A stretch of DNA of 64,000 bases from Alphaproteobacteria bacterium (GTDB lineage: Bacteria > Pseudomonadota > Alphaproteobacteria > G965222575), in contig OZ244958.1 of the NCBI GenBank assembly GCA_965222575.1, forward strand, positions 832,001 to 896,000, written 5' to 3'. The notes beneath the pieces were generated by a model. That model was given only the letters and a program-made list of their open reading frames with translations. It was not told where the DNA came from and ran no database searches. Position 1 is the stretch's first letter. Every line of letters starts with the position of its first letter. Positions 30,567 through 40,765 of the stretch are shown one piece after another. The position numbers and the translations under genes were made by a program.

Positions 30567-31196
30567 ATGTTTATTTTGAAATTCTCAAAAAAATGGTTTT
30601 TCAACCTGTTTGTGGGGGCTTCCTTTCTTTCTCTTGGAGTGCCTTGCTTGGGATTTGAGGAACACAACATGTTGGATGTAAGCTTTGAGATGCCTATTGA
30701 TTTTGAGATTATAGAAGAGGCGACTTTAGAAGAGGCTTTATCCCCTTTAGTTGAAGATTTCTATGAGAGTTTTATGTTTTTGCGTGGTCCTTTGGAGTCT
30801 TTTGTGAGTGTGCAGGAATTTCAGGACACCATAAAAACTCCTTTTGATGCTTCAAGAAGGTGGTCTGAGATTAAGGATTTGAAGTATGGGATTGGCGAGA
30901 GGGTAGAAGAGGCGAAGGAAGAACTTGTCTTAGAAAAATACCCGGAAGACTTTCATGAAATTTTTTCCAAGTTGGTCACTTTGTATGCAGAGCAGTACAC
31001 CATTACTTTGAATGAAACGCTAGTTTATGGGAGGTTTTCGTATTATGTGCGGGAGGAAGAAGAAATTGTGATGTCAGTGGATAAAAAGGTGGAGGAAGAG
31101 CCTGAGGAGATGCTCTATATTATTCTTTTGCGTCCTAAGGCAGATTCTGAAGAGACCAACGGGTTAGCGATTCTCTTTCTTAGAAAGTTTTATTAG
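30567..31196 (+). CDS. Hypothetical acidic exported protein
   Basis: About 209 aa, signal-peptide-like N-terminus, very Glu-rich; fills the gap between fabI and fumC. Confidence 0.65.
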   Translation: MFILKFSKKWFFNLFVGASFLSLGVPCLGFEEHNMLDVSFEMPIDFEIIEEATLEEALSPLVEDFYESFMFLRGPLESFVSVQEFQDTIKTPFDASRRWSEIKDLKYGIGERVEEAKEELVLEKYPEDFHEIFSKLVTLYAEQYTITLNETLVYGRFSYYVREEEEIVMSVDKKVEEEPEEMLYIILLRPKADSEETNGLAILFLRKFY

Positions 31197-32614
31197 AGTT
31201 TTTCCCTAGGGGAGAGCATTTTTTCAGGGTCTACTAGGGTATCAAAGACCTTTTCTTCAATGCCGGCCTTTAGGGCTTCCTGTCGTAGGGAAGTCCCATT
31301 TTTGTGCGCGGTGAGGGCGATTGAAGCGGCTTTATCATATCCTATGAGGGGGACGAGAGCGGTGACTAACATTAAAGAATTGTGTAAGTGCGTACGGATG
31401 GCTTTCTTGTTAGGGGTGATGCCTTTGAGACAGTGATGGTGAAAGCTATTGAGGGCAGACGCTAGGAGGTGTAGTGACTTGATGAGGCAAAAGGCTATGA
31501 CGGGCTTGAAGGCGTTGAGTTGGAAGTGTCCGCTTGCTCCTGCTATGGAAATGGTGAGGTGGTGTCCCATGACTTGGGCACAGACCATAGTGAGGGCTTC
31601 GCATTGCGTTGGGTTGACTTTTCCGGGCATAATGGAAGAGCCCGGCTCATTGGCTGGCAAGAAAATCTCAGCAAGTCCTGCCCTTGGCCCTGAGGCTAGG
31701 AAGCGAATATCGTTGGCGATTTTCATGAGAGCCACCGCAAGTGTGTTCAAGCTCCCTGAGACCTGTACCATAGCATCATGGGCTGCAATGGCTTCGAATT
31801 TATTGTGGGCTACCCGAAAAGGAGTACTTGTGGTGCGGGCGATATCCTCTACAATAGCCTTATCAAAGCCGACGAATGTATTTTGCCCTGTCCCAACAGC
31901 TGTACCGCCTTGAGGGAGGTCTAGGAGGCTTTCTAGTGCTGTGGTGAGGGCGGTTTGAGCGTGCTTGAGTTGGGCATGAAAAGCGGAAAATTCTTGCCCT
32001 AGGGTGAGGGGTGTTGCGTCTTGGGTGTGTGTGCGCCCAATCTTCACAATGCTTTTCCACGCCTTGACTTTTTCGGCTAAGGTCTCTAAGACCTCTGAAA
32101 TGGAGGGCACTAACACTTCCTGTCCAAGCTTGAAGGACGCTATATACATAGCCGTTGGGAAGGTATCATTGGAGGATTGACTTTTGTTCACATGGTCATT
32201 GGGGTGAATGTGTTCTCTTTTTTTGCTTGAAGGCAACAGACTGTTAGCCCTGCGTGCGATGACTTCATTGACATTCATATTGGTTTGCGTACCAGAGCCT
32301 GTTTGCCAAACTTTCAAGGGGAAGTGGGGCATGAGGTCGCCTTGGCTCACCTCTTTTGCTGCTTTTTCAATAGCGTTTGCTATGGCTACGGGTAGTGCGC
32401 CGTTCTCACCATGGTAACGGGCGATGGCGCCTTTAATGAGACCTAGTGCTAAAATAATTTCTTTTGGCATTAGCTCATCACCAATATTGAAATTGATTAA
32501 ACTGCGTTGCGTTTGAGCCCCCCATAGGGCCTCTTTTGGCACGGGAATAGACCCCATAGTGTCTTTTTCCATGCGGGTAGCAGAAGAAAAGGGAAAAGAA
32601 GGAGGCTTGGTCAT
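31193..32614 (-). CDS. fumC: Fumarate hydratase class II
   Basis: WGAQTQRS, WQTGSGTQTNMN, GRTHTQDATP, GSSIMPGKVNPTQ. Confidence 0.97.
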   Translation of the reverse strand: MTKPPSFPFSSATRMEKDTMGSIPVPKEALWGAQTQRSLINFNIGDELMPKEIILALGLIKGAIARYHGENGALPVAIANAIEKAAKEVSQGDLMPHFPLKVWQTGSGTQTNMNVNEVIARRANSLLPSSKKREHIHPNDHVNKSQSSNDTFPTAMYIASFKLGQEVLVPSISEVLETLAEKVKAWKSIVKIGRTHTQDATPLTLGQEFSAFHAQLKHAQTALTTALESLLDLPQGGTAVGTGQNTFVGFDKAIVEDIARTTSTPFRVAHNKFEAIAAHDAMVQVSGSLNTLAVALMKIANDIRFLASGPRAGLAEIFLPANEPGSSIMPGKVNPTQCEALTMVCAQVMGHHLTISIAGASGHFQLNAFKPVIAFCLIKSLHLLASALNSFHHHCLKGITPNKKAIRTHLHNSLMLVTALVPLIGYDKAASIALTAHKNGTSLRQEALKAGIEEKVFDTLVDPEKMLSPREKL

Positions 32615-32684
32615 AAAGGAGGGGTGTGGTATAGTGATGAGAGATATCAGTATACACTAAGGGAGCGTTGAAAGAAACCCGGAA

Positions 32685-33140
32685 ATGGAACTTGGTGTTG
32701 TCAAAATCTGGACTGATGGAGCCTGTAGCGGCAATCCCGGTCCCGGCGGGTGGGGGGCTTTAATACGCTTTGGGGACAAGGAAGAAAAAGAATTAGGAGG
32801 GTCAGCTTCTAGTACAACCAATAACCGTATGGAGCTAACAGCTGCACTGGAGGCCTTAAGAGCCTTAGAAAATGCCTCTTCAAAGGTGCATCTTTATACA
32901 GATAGCGTCTATGTGCAAAAAGGAATGACTTACTGGATAAAAGACTGGATAGTGCGAGGCTGGAGAACCAAGGGGCGAAAAGCTGTGAAAAACCAAGACC
33001 TTTGGGAACAGTTACTCAGAGAGTGTAAGTGCCACCGAGTAAACTGGCACTGGGTGAAAGGGCATGATAGGAGTCTTGAAAATAACCGCGTTGATGCCTT
33101 AGCGCGCTCTTTCATTACAATCCCTGGGGTGATGCCCTAG
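32685..33140 (+). CDS. rnhA: Ribonuclease HI
   Basis: [34 protein letters not shown]. Confidence 0.96.
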   Translation: MELGVVKIWTDGACSGNPGPGGWGALIRFGDKEEKELGGSASSTTNNRMELTAALEALRALENASSKVHLYTDSVYVQKGMTYWIKDWIVRGWRTKGRKAVKNQDLWEQLLRECKCHRVNWHWVKGHDRSLENNRVDALARSFITIPGVMP

Positions 33141-33170
33141 TGCTCTATTCGGGAGGGCTCTTTGGGGGTG

Positions 33171-34469
33171 CTAGTACCGGTAAGTATTGTCCTTAAAGGG
33201 GCCTTGAGGGGAGACATTCAGGTAATGGGCTTGTTGCTTTGAGAGCTTTGTGAGTTGTCCTCCTAGGGCGGTTAAATGCACGGAGGCAATCCATTCGTCT
33301 AAGGCTTTGGGTAAGGTGTAAATTTTTTTCTCTTTGTAGGCTTTTTGATTTTTCCAAAGTTCTAGCACGCCTAGCACCTGATTGCTGAGGGAAGCGCTCA
33401 TTACGAAACTGCTATGTCCCGTAGCACAAGCAAGGTTAACGATTCTGCCCTTTGCTAGTATGCGTATAGAGTTCCCATTAGGCACACGCACTTGGTGGAG
33501 TTGTGGGGTGATTTCAATCCAAGGGGTATCCTGTAAAGCCGCGATAGCAATTTCCTTATCAAGATGACCAATATTACAAACAATGGCGCCTTGTTTCATT
33601 TGAGATAGGTGGTCAAAGGTAATGACTTCTATATTCCCTGTAGCTGTTACAAAGATATCGGCTTTTGATGCTATCTTGTCCATTGTTGTGACTTCAAGCC
33701 CTTCCATAGCGGCTTGTAGTGCGCAAATAGGGTCTATTTCCGTTATCACAACGCGTGCCCCCTGTCCCCTTAGAGCCAAAGCCGCCCCTTTCCCAACATG
33801 ACCATAGCCGCACACAACAGCGATTTTCCCTGCAATCATAGTATCTGTTGCGCGTTTAAGGCCGTCTAGTAGACTTTCTCGCGTGCCGTAAATGTTGTCA
33901 AATTTCGATTTCGTTACGGAATCATTGATATTAATGACGGGTGTAAGCAGTTTTCCTTCTTGGGCTATCTTAGATAGTCTTACTATCCCAGCGCCTGTTT
34001 GCTCACAAACACCGTGAAGCTTGGTGAATGCAGAGGGACGATGTTGCAATAAGTAGCTCACTATCTCCGCCCCATCATCAACAAAGAGGTGAGGACGCCA
34101 GTTCTGTTTTTCCACAACCTGCTGTAGACACCAATAATAGTCTTCTTGACTCTGCCCTTTCCAAGCGAAAACAGGAGTACCAGCCCTAGCAATTGCAGCA
34201 GCAGCGGTATCTTGCGTAGAAAAAATGTTACTGCCGCACCACCGCACGCACGCTCCAAGAAATTGTAAGGTTTCTATGAGAACAGCTGTCTGTACGGTCA
34301 TGTGCAAACAGCCTCCAATACGCGCCCCTGTTAAGGGTTTCTCTGCCCCCCATTTCTCCCTTATGCTCATCAGTCCGGGCATTTCTTGCTCTGCTAATCC
34401 AATCTCCTGTCGACCAAGTGTTGCAAGTGCTGGGTCTTTAATTTTATAATCTTCCATGATGCATGACAT
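33171..34469 (-). CDS. ahcY: Adenosylhomocysteinase (divergent)
   Basis: EMPGL, GCLHMTVQT, SNIFSTQD, TKSKFDNIYG, TEIDPICALQA. Confidence 0.92.
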   Translation of the reverse strand: MSCIMEDYKIKDPALATLGRQEIGLAEQEMPGLMSIREKWGAEKPLTGARIGGCLHMTVQTAVLIETLQFLGACVRWCGSNIFSTQDTAAAAIARAGTPVFAWKGQSQEDYYWCLQQVVEKQNWRPHLFVDDGAEIVSYLLQHRPSAFTKLHGVCEQTGAGIVRLSKIAQEGKLLTPVININDSVTKSKFDNIYGTRESLLDGLKRATDTMIAGKIAVVCGYGHVGKGAALALRGQGARVVITEIDPICALQAAMEGLEVTTMDKIASKADIFVTATGNIEVITFDHLSQMKQGAIVCNIGHLDKEIAIAALQDTPWIEITPQLHQVRVPNGNSIRILAKGRIVNLACATGHSSFVMSASLSNQVLGVLELWKNQKAYKEKKIYTLPKALDEWIASVHLTALGGQLTKLSKQQAHYLNVSPQGPFKDNTYRY

Positions 34470-34553
34470 TGTTTGTTCAGGTTTTTCTATGATAAACTGC
34501 TACACCCTTCCTCTTTCTTGTAACCATACCCCTCATTACTGACTTCTCCTCTC

Positions 34554-36236
34554 ATGTATGACTCAAATTTTCTTGACAATCTGCAAGCCAGCGTGCCTCT
34601 GTCAAGTGTTGTCTCAAAGAGAGTCTCCTTACAGAAGTCCGGGCCTTTTTCCTTCAAAGGGTTATGTCCGTTTCATACGGAGAAAACGCCTTCTTTTTCT
34701 GTGAATGACCAAAAAGGAGTGTACTACTGTTTCGGGTGTGAAGCCAAAGGAAATATTTTCACCTTTCTGGTAGAGGGCGAAAAGAAGACCTTCAAAGAGG
34801 CAGTAGAGATGGTTTGTTCCATGGCGGGCATTAGCCCCCCTCAGTGGTCTAGGCGTGACAAACAAGAGCATGCCCCCTTGTTGGAGGTATTAGAGCAAGC
34901 CTGTCAGTTTTTTGAGCGGACATTGCTTTCTGAAGACGGCAGTAAAGTTAGAGCATACTTAGAGGGGCGCGGATATCCTTCTTCTCTTTGGGAGACCTTT
35001 CGTCTTGGGTGTGCGCCCTTATGGGGATTTCTGTCCCATATGAAAAGTCGTTTCTCTTTAGACCTTTTAGAAAAAGCGGGGCTTTGTCGTCGGACGGACA
35101 GGGAAACCTATCCTTTTTTCCATGGGCGCTTGATGTTCCCTATTCTGTCTCCTAGCGGGGTTGTAGTAGGCTTTGGTGGACGGTTTATCTCTTTAAGAGG
35201 GGGGGGAGGGGGACAGGAGAAAATCAAGTATCTCAATTCTCCTGAAAGCCCGGTTTTTAGCAAAAGTTCTCTTCTATTCAATTACAAAAAGGCTCTTGAG
35301 AACAAGCCTTTGACTGTCTTTATTGTGGAGGGGTATACGGATGTATTGAGTCTATATAACAGGGGGGTGTGCAATAGTGTTGCGACGCTAGGGACAGCGT
35401 TGACAAAGACGCATTTGTTTCTTCTTTGGCGGCGCCTTGAGAAGATTACCATCTGTTTTGATGGCGATAGGGCAGGGAGGGCTGCCTCTGAACGGGCTGC
35501 CATGCTTGCATTGCCCTTTGTCTCTCCCGGACGTGAGATAGTCTTTATACAACTCCCTGAAAACGAAGACCCTGATAGTGTGTTAAAGAGCCATGGGGAA
35601 GATTTTTCTCATAGGTTTCATGCCCTTTCTTTGTCTGATTTTTTGTGGCAAAGTGTTTGGGAGAAGGTTTCAAGTGCCCGAGAAATAAGCCCTGAGATGC
35701 TTGCGAAAATAGAGGAAACCCTTCTTGGCTATGGACGTGAAATTCAGCATCAAAGCACCTCTAAAATCTATCAAGAGCGATTCCGGAACAAGTTATATCA
35801 AGTCCGGCGTCACAACACACTCCCGTTTTCTACGCAACATATGTTAAAGCGGCGCAAAACCCTTTTATCGGTAGCCCACAACTTAGGAAAATCTACTGCC
35901 GATGCTAAAGTCCTTCTAGGCTTTATTATTACGACCTCTTCTTTGCTTATTCAACATGCTGCGTGTCTTACGGCGAGTAAAACCCTCTTAGAAAAAATGA
36001 TTTTATATGATCCCCCTCTTGACAGACTGCGGAAGTGTCTGCTAAAATGGATATCTTGTTTTGAACAGGGACAACAAAGTGAATTGAAAGAAATTTTATT
36101 GCGGTTTTCTTGTCATACCATGGCAAGTGTGCTAAAAGAGCAACAAAGTGTTCAGCATATGGCTAGGAGCCTTAAGACAGTTCCCTCTTCTGAAGTGCCT
36201 AAGGCTTTTGTGTCATTTTTATCTTTGAATCACTAA
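34554..36236 (+). CDS. dnaG: DNA primase
   Basis: CPFH...CFGC zinc ribbon, KYLNSPE, EGYTDV, FDGDRAG, DPD. Confidence 0.95.
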   Translation: MYDSNFLDNLQASVPLSSVVSKRVSLQKSGPFSFKGLCPFHTEKTPSFSVNDQKGVYYCFGCEAKGNIFTFLVEGEKKTFKEAVEMVCSMAGISPPQWSRRDKQEHAPLLEVLEQACQFFERTLLSEDGSKVRAYLEGRGYPSSLWETFRLGCAPLWGFLSHMKSRFSLDLLEKAGLCRRTDRETYPFFHGRLMFPILSPSGVVVGFGGRFISLRGGGGGQEKIKYLNSPESPVFSKSSLLFNYKKALENKPLTVFIVEGYTDVLSLYNRGVCNSVATLGTALTKTHLFLLWRRLEKITICFDGDRAGRAASERAAMLALPFVSPGREIVFIQLPENEDPDSVLKSHGEDFSHRFHALSLSDFLWQSVWEKVSSAREISPEMLAKIEETLLGYGREIQHQSTSKIYQERFRNKLYQVRRHNTLPFSTQHMLKRRKTLLSVAHNLGKSTADAKVLLGFIITTSSLLIQHAACLTASKTLLEKMILYDPPLDRLRKCLLKWISCFEQGQQSELKEILLRFSCHTMASVLKEQQSVQHMARSLKTVPSSEVPKAFVSFLSLNH

Positions 36237-36251
36237 AATAGCGTTCTGTTT

Positions 36252-38207
36252 ATGTCTCTTCGTTCTCCTCACGTTCCCTCTGTTTTAGAAGAAAAAGAAA
36301 TCCTCGCCCTGATTAAGAAGGCGAAAAAAGAGGGCTTTTGTACCTATGAGACCTTAAAGTCTACCCTTGATACTCTCCTGTTACAGAGGAAAAAGTCTGA
36401 AAGGAGGGTGGGGGACATTGACAAGGTGGTAGATGAAGTGATGGCGCACCTAGAGAAGCTAGGGGTGCGTATGGAGGAAGAGATTAGTGAAGAGAGTACT
36501 GAAGACAAAGCACTCTCTCCTCAACAGGAGACGCAACAGAAGGCTTCTCCCGATTACTTAAATGACCCGGTTCGCACGTATTTGCGTGAGATGGGGGCTG
36601 TGTCGCTACTGTCAAGGGAGGGCGAGATTGCCATTGCTAAGCGTATAGAGGCTGGTAAGCTCAAAATTAAAGACGCCATTGCGAAATCGCCCATTACGTT
36701 TGCGTACTTGTTGGAGATTTATGATGCGTTGCAAAAGGAGAAGATAACTTTACAGGAAGTCATAGCCCTTGAGAAGGTCTGTGATGAGGTTGGGCCTTTG
36801 GAGATGCCGGAGAAAGAGCAGCCCCCTAGTGAAGAGGGGATGCTTTATCAGGTACTCGATGAGGAAAAACTTCGAGAGGAAGAAGACCAACAGGAGGAAT
36901 CTCAAGAGACGGAAGAAGAGGAGGAAGTCTTTGAAGAGGGCAAGTATTCCTATGCTAAGATGGCGGCGATGTATAGGCCTTATATTTTTGAGAAGTTTGA
37001 GAAACTACAGAAGGCTTATAAGGCATTGTTGAGAATTCAGGAGAAGTTTTTAACAAGCTATCTTGAAGGGAGCAAGAAGACCTCTGTGTATCGTGCGTCC
37101 TACAACAGGCATCTGAGGAGAATGGCGTGTCACTTAGAGAGTCTTCACCTTCATCCTCTGGAGATTGATAATTTATGTAAGAAGCACAGGGAGTTGTTTA
37201 AGTCATTCATGGGGAAATCGGGTCAGCTGTTGAGGCTTTGTGAACGTTATGGGATACAGAGGGAAGACTTTCAACGTTGGTATATGGAGGAGTTTTTACA
37301 TCCCGGTTGGGAAAAGAGACTGCTTAAGTTGAATGCTAAGTGGGGTTCTGTTTTGAAGAATTCTGAGGAGTCCTTTGAGAGAATTGTGAGAGACATAAAA
37401 ACCTTTTTTAGTGAAATAGGTCTGATGATGGGGGATTTTCGTTGGATAGTTGACGATATTTCGCAAGGGGAGAGGGAAGTAGCGCGAGCGAAGAAGGAGA
37501 TGGTGGAAGCGAATTTACGGTTAGTGATTTCCATTGCGAAGAAGTACACGCCTAGGGGTTTACAGTTACTGGATTTGGTACAGGAGGGGAATATAGGGTT
37601 GATGAAAGCGGTTGAGAAGTTTGAGTATCGTAGGGGTTATAAGTTTTCGACTTATGCGACTTGGTGGATTCGTCAGGCTATTACGCGTTCTATAGCGGAT
37701 CAATCGCGGACGATACGGATTCCTGTTCATATGATTGAGACGATTAACAAGCTGAAGAGGATGTCGCGTCAGATACTCAATAGTACTGGTCGGGAGCCTA
37801 GCATGTCTGAGCTTGCGGATTCTCTAGGGATTTCTTTGGAGAAGGTACATAAAATCAGCAAAGTGTCCAAGGAGCCTATTAGTCTTGAGGCGCCTTTAGG
37901 AGAAGATGAAGACAGCCAGATATCGAATTTTGTAGAGGATAAGAACACGGTACTTCCTATAGAGTCGGCGCTTCACACGAATTTGAAGGAGACGATTACG
38001 GAAGTGTTATCGTCATTAACGCCGCGGGAGGAGCGTGTGGTGAGGATGCGTTTTGGGATAGGGGTAGGTTCTGACCACACTTTAGAAGAGGTAGGGAAGC
38101 AATTTACGGTGACACGGGAGCGCATTCGTCAAATAGAAGCGAAAGCTTTAAGGAAGCTGAAGCACCCTAGGAGGAGTCGGTATTTGAGGACGTTTTTGAG
38201 TAGCTAG
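36252..38207 (+). CDS. rpoD: RNA polymerase primary sigma factor RpoD
   Basis: [57 protein letters not shown]. Confidence 0.97.
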   Translation: MSLRSPHVPSVLEEKEILALIKKAKKEGFCTYETLKSTLDTLLLQRKKSERRVGDIDKVVDEVMAHLEKLGVRMEEEISEESTEDKALSPQQETQQKASPDYLNDPVRTYLREMGAVSLLSREGEIAIAKRIEAGKLKIKDAIAKSPITFAYLLEIYDALQKEKITLQEVIALEKVCDEVGPLEMPEKEQPPSEEGMLYQVLDEEKLREEEDQQEESQETEEEEEVFEEGKYSYAKMAAMYRPYIFEKFEKLQKAYKALLRIQEKFLTSYLEGSKKTSVYRASYNRHLRRMACHLESLHLHPLEIDNLCKKHRELFKSFMGKSGQLLRLCERYGIQREDFQRWYMEEFLHPGWEKRLLKLNAKWGSVLKNSEESFERIVRDIKTFFSEIGLMMGDFRWIVDDISQGEREVARAKKEMVEANLRLVISIAKKYTPRGLQLLDLVQEGNIGLMKAVEKFEYRRGYKFSTYATWWIRQAITRSIADQSRTIRIPVHMIETINKLKRMSRQILNSTGREPSMSELADSLGISLEKVHKISKVSKEPISLEAPLGEDEDSQISNFVEDKNTVLPIESALHTNLKETITEVLSSLTPREERVVRMRFGIGVGSDHTLEEVGKQFTVTRERIRQIEAKALRKLKHPRRSRYLRTFLSS

Positions 38208-38258
38208 TTGTGCGTGTGGGTTTTTATTTTTCCATGTGATTGTGTTAAGGTGAGAGGA

Positions 38259-38332
38259 GGTCCCGTAGCTCAGTTGGATAGAGCGTCGGATTCCTAATCT
38301 GAAGGTCACAGGTTCAAATCCTGTCGGGATCG
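38259..38332 (+). tRNA. tRNA-Arg(CCT), CCA not encoded
   Basis: GGTCCCG/CGGGATC acceptor stem, D arm GCTC...GAGC, anticodon arm TCGGA-TTCCTAA-TCTGA, T loop TTCAAAT. Confidence 0.95.
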
Positions 38333-38412
38333 CTTTCTTTTGTTTAGGAAAGGGGGGAGAGGAAAATCGGCACTCCAATGCTAAGTTCATAAGGGTTGTC
38401 AACAAGTTACTA

Positions 38413-38430
38413 GGGTATACTAGTATACCC
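38413..38430. repeat. Perfect 18-bp palindrome GGGTATACTAGTATACCC
   Basis: Read directly; 6 bp beyond the stop of the last ankyrin gene. Confidence 0.9.
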
Positions 38431-38436
38431 CATGAA

Positions 38437-40027
38437 TTATTGCGCCCCCTTACTTATAAGATACACTGTTACCTCAGAAAGGCGCTTCTTTTTGTCTTCG
38501 TCTGTTGTTTCTGTTAATGCCCACTCTGCCCAATGGAGCGGTGTCTTGCCGTCCTTGTCCTTTGCATTCACATCTGCCCCCTTCTCCACTAGGAACACCA
38601 CTACCTCCTTGTGCCCCCCTAAGGCTGCAAAATGGAGCGGTGTCCCGCCGTACTTGTCCTTTGCATTCACATCAGCCCCCTTCTCCACTAGGAACACCAC
38701 TACCTCCTTGTGTCCCCATGAGGCTGCCCTATGGAGCGGTGTCCAGCCGTCCTTGTCCTTTGCATTCACATTTGCCCCTGCCTTCACAAGAACTTCCACT
38801 GCCTCTTTGTGTCCATTTCCGGCTACCCAATAGAGCGGTGTCCCGCCGTACTTGTCGTCCTTTGCATTCACATCAGCCCCCTTCTCCACTAGGAACACCA
38901 CTATCTCCTTGTGTCCCCATGAGGCTGCCCTATGGAGCGGTGTCCAGCCGTACTTGTCCTTTGCATTCACATTTGCCCCTGCCTTCACAAGAACTTCCAC
39001 TGCCTCTTTGTGTCCATTTCCGGCTACCCAATGGAGCGGTGTCCTGCCGTCCTTGTCCTGTGCATTCACATCTGCCCCCTTCTCCAAAAGAACCTCCGCC
39101 ACTGCCTTGTGCCCCTCTACGGCTGCCCATATGGAGCGGTGTGGAGTTGTCCTTGTCCTGTGCATTCACATCTGCCCCCTTCTCCAAAAGAACCTCCGCC
39201 ACTGCCTTGTGCCCCTCTACGGCTGCCATATGGAGCGGTGTGGAGTTGTCCTTGTTCTGTGCATTCACATATGCCCCCTTCGCTACAAAGAACTCCACAA
39301 CCTCCTTGTGTCCCTTATCGGCTACTATATGGAGCGGTGTCCAGCCGTCCTTGTTCTTTGCATTCACATCAGCCCCCTTCTCCACTAGGAACGCCACTTC
39401 CTCCTTGTGCCCCTTAGCGGCTGCCAGATGGAGTGGTGTCCAGCCGTTGTTGTCCTTTGCATTCACATCTGCCCCCTTCTCCACTAGGAACGCCACCACC
39501 TCTTTGTGTCCATTAAAGGCTATCCAATGGAGCGGTGTTGCACCGTCCTTGTCCTTTACCTTCACATTAGCCCCTGCCTTCACAAGAGCCTTCGCTACAC
39601 ACCCATACTGTGCATAAAAAAGTGGAGTACAACCTTTCTTGTTCTTTACGTCTACATTAGCAAGTGCCTTCCTTAGGCTCAGCAGAAAAAGGAGACCTAG
39701 TGTTATCAAAACGGACACTAGAACTCGGCACAAGACTTCTACTTTCAAAATATCCGACCGTGCAAAATGTTCTAGAGAGCTCACATACATACCTGACACA
39801 GCAATGGAAGCAATCACTAGTCCCCAAACAAGTAATGCCAGAAAATCAACAAGACATTTTATTATCTTGTGTTGCTCGTAGAGCTTTCCAAAGACCTTCT
39901 TTATACTGCTCGTTATCCACAATGGAAGTGAAAAAAGAAAACTTAACAACCAGTTGTTTACTACCCAATGAAGGAGTGTATTGCCTTCCTTATTATCTTT
40001 TATGATATTTTCTAGAGGGGTCTCCAT
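38437..40027 (-). pseudogene. Ankyrin-repeat gene E (about 13 repeats, N-terminal TM segments), split by a +1 frameshift
   Basis: ORFs 38930-40027 and 38437-39165 join if one C is removed from CCC at 39126-39128; the otherwise identical neighbouring repeat has CC. Confidence 0.85.
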
Positions 40028-40062
40028 TATCCCTATCTATTCCTCCTTATACTTTAGGAAGT

Positions 40063-40159
40063 GCATTGTCATACTGTTAGGGTATGATTCTCTCTGCTCT
40101 CCTGTCAAGTCAAGCCCCTAAGGCACAAAGGCTATTGCCCACCCTTGCTTTTCAGATAC
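40063..40159. repeat. Ankyrin-array junction repeat, copy 1
   Basis: gcattgtcatactgttagggtatgattctctctgctctcctgtcaagtcaagcccctaaggcacaaagg plus the conserved gene 3' end. Confidence 0.9.
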
Positions 40160-40679
40160 GCTATCACTTCAGAGAGGCGCTTCTTGTATTCTTCGTCTGT
40201 TGTTTCTTTTAATGCCTCCTTTGCCAAATGGAGCGGTGTCCTGCCGTTCTTGTCCTGTGCCTTCACAGAAGCCCCCTTCTCTACAAAGAACTCCACTATC
40301 TCCTTGTGTCCCTCATAGGCTGCTTCATGGAGCGGTGTTGCGCCGTGCTCGTCCTTTGCATTCACAGAAGCCCCCTTCTCTACAAAGAACTCCACAACCT
40401 CCTTGTGCCCATAAAAGGCTGCTTCATGGAGCGGTGTTGCGCCGTGCTCGTCCTCCTGTGCCTCAATATCCGCCCCCTTCTCCACTAGGGATGCCACCCC
40501 TTGTGTCCCTTAACGGCTGCCACATGGAGCGCTGTCCAGCCGATATTGACCTTTTTATCTTTCGTGAAGAGAAAAAATGCCCCAATAAGCACGAGACCAA
40601 TAAACGTCTCTATTGCCCCAATAAATACGAGAGCAATAAACGTCCCTATACAGACTGCTATAATAAAGCGCATTGTCAT
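40132..40679 (-). pseudogene. Ankyrin-repeat gene D (hydrophobic N-terminus, about 4 repeats), frameshifted
   Basis: MTMRFIIAVCIG... from ATG 40679; frame breaks near 40497-40500, where ACCT is missing relative to the homologous repeat near 44811-44830. Confidence 0.8.
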
Positions 40680-40765
40680 ACTGTTAGGGTATGATTCTCT
40701 CTGCTCTCCTGTCAAGTCAAGCCTTAAGACACAAAGGCTATTGCCCACCCTTGCTTTTCAGATAC
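40670..40765. repeat. Ankyrin-array junction repeat, copy 2
   Basis: Near-identical to 40063-40159 (gccttaagac versus gcccctaaggc). Confidence 0.9.

Noticed and set aside
40073..40131. Junction element as an integron attC site
   Set aside because: GTTAGGG and CCCTAAG are imperfect matches and lie in the opposite order to RYYYAAC...GTTRRRY; no intI gene is seen.
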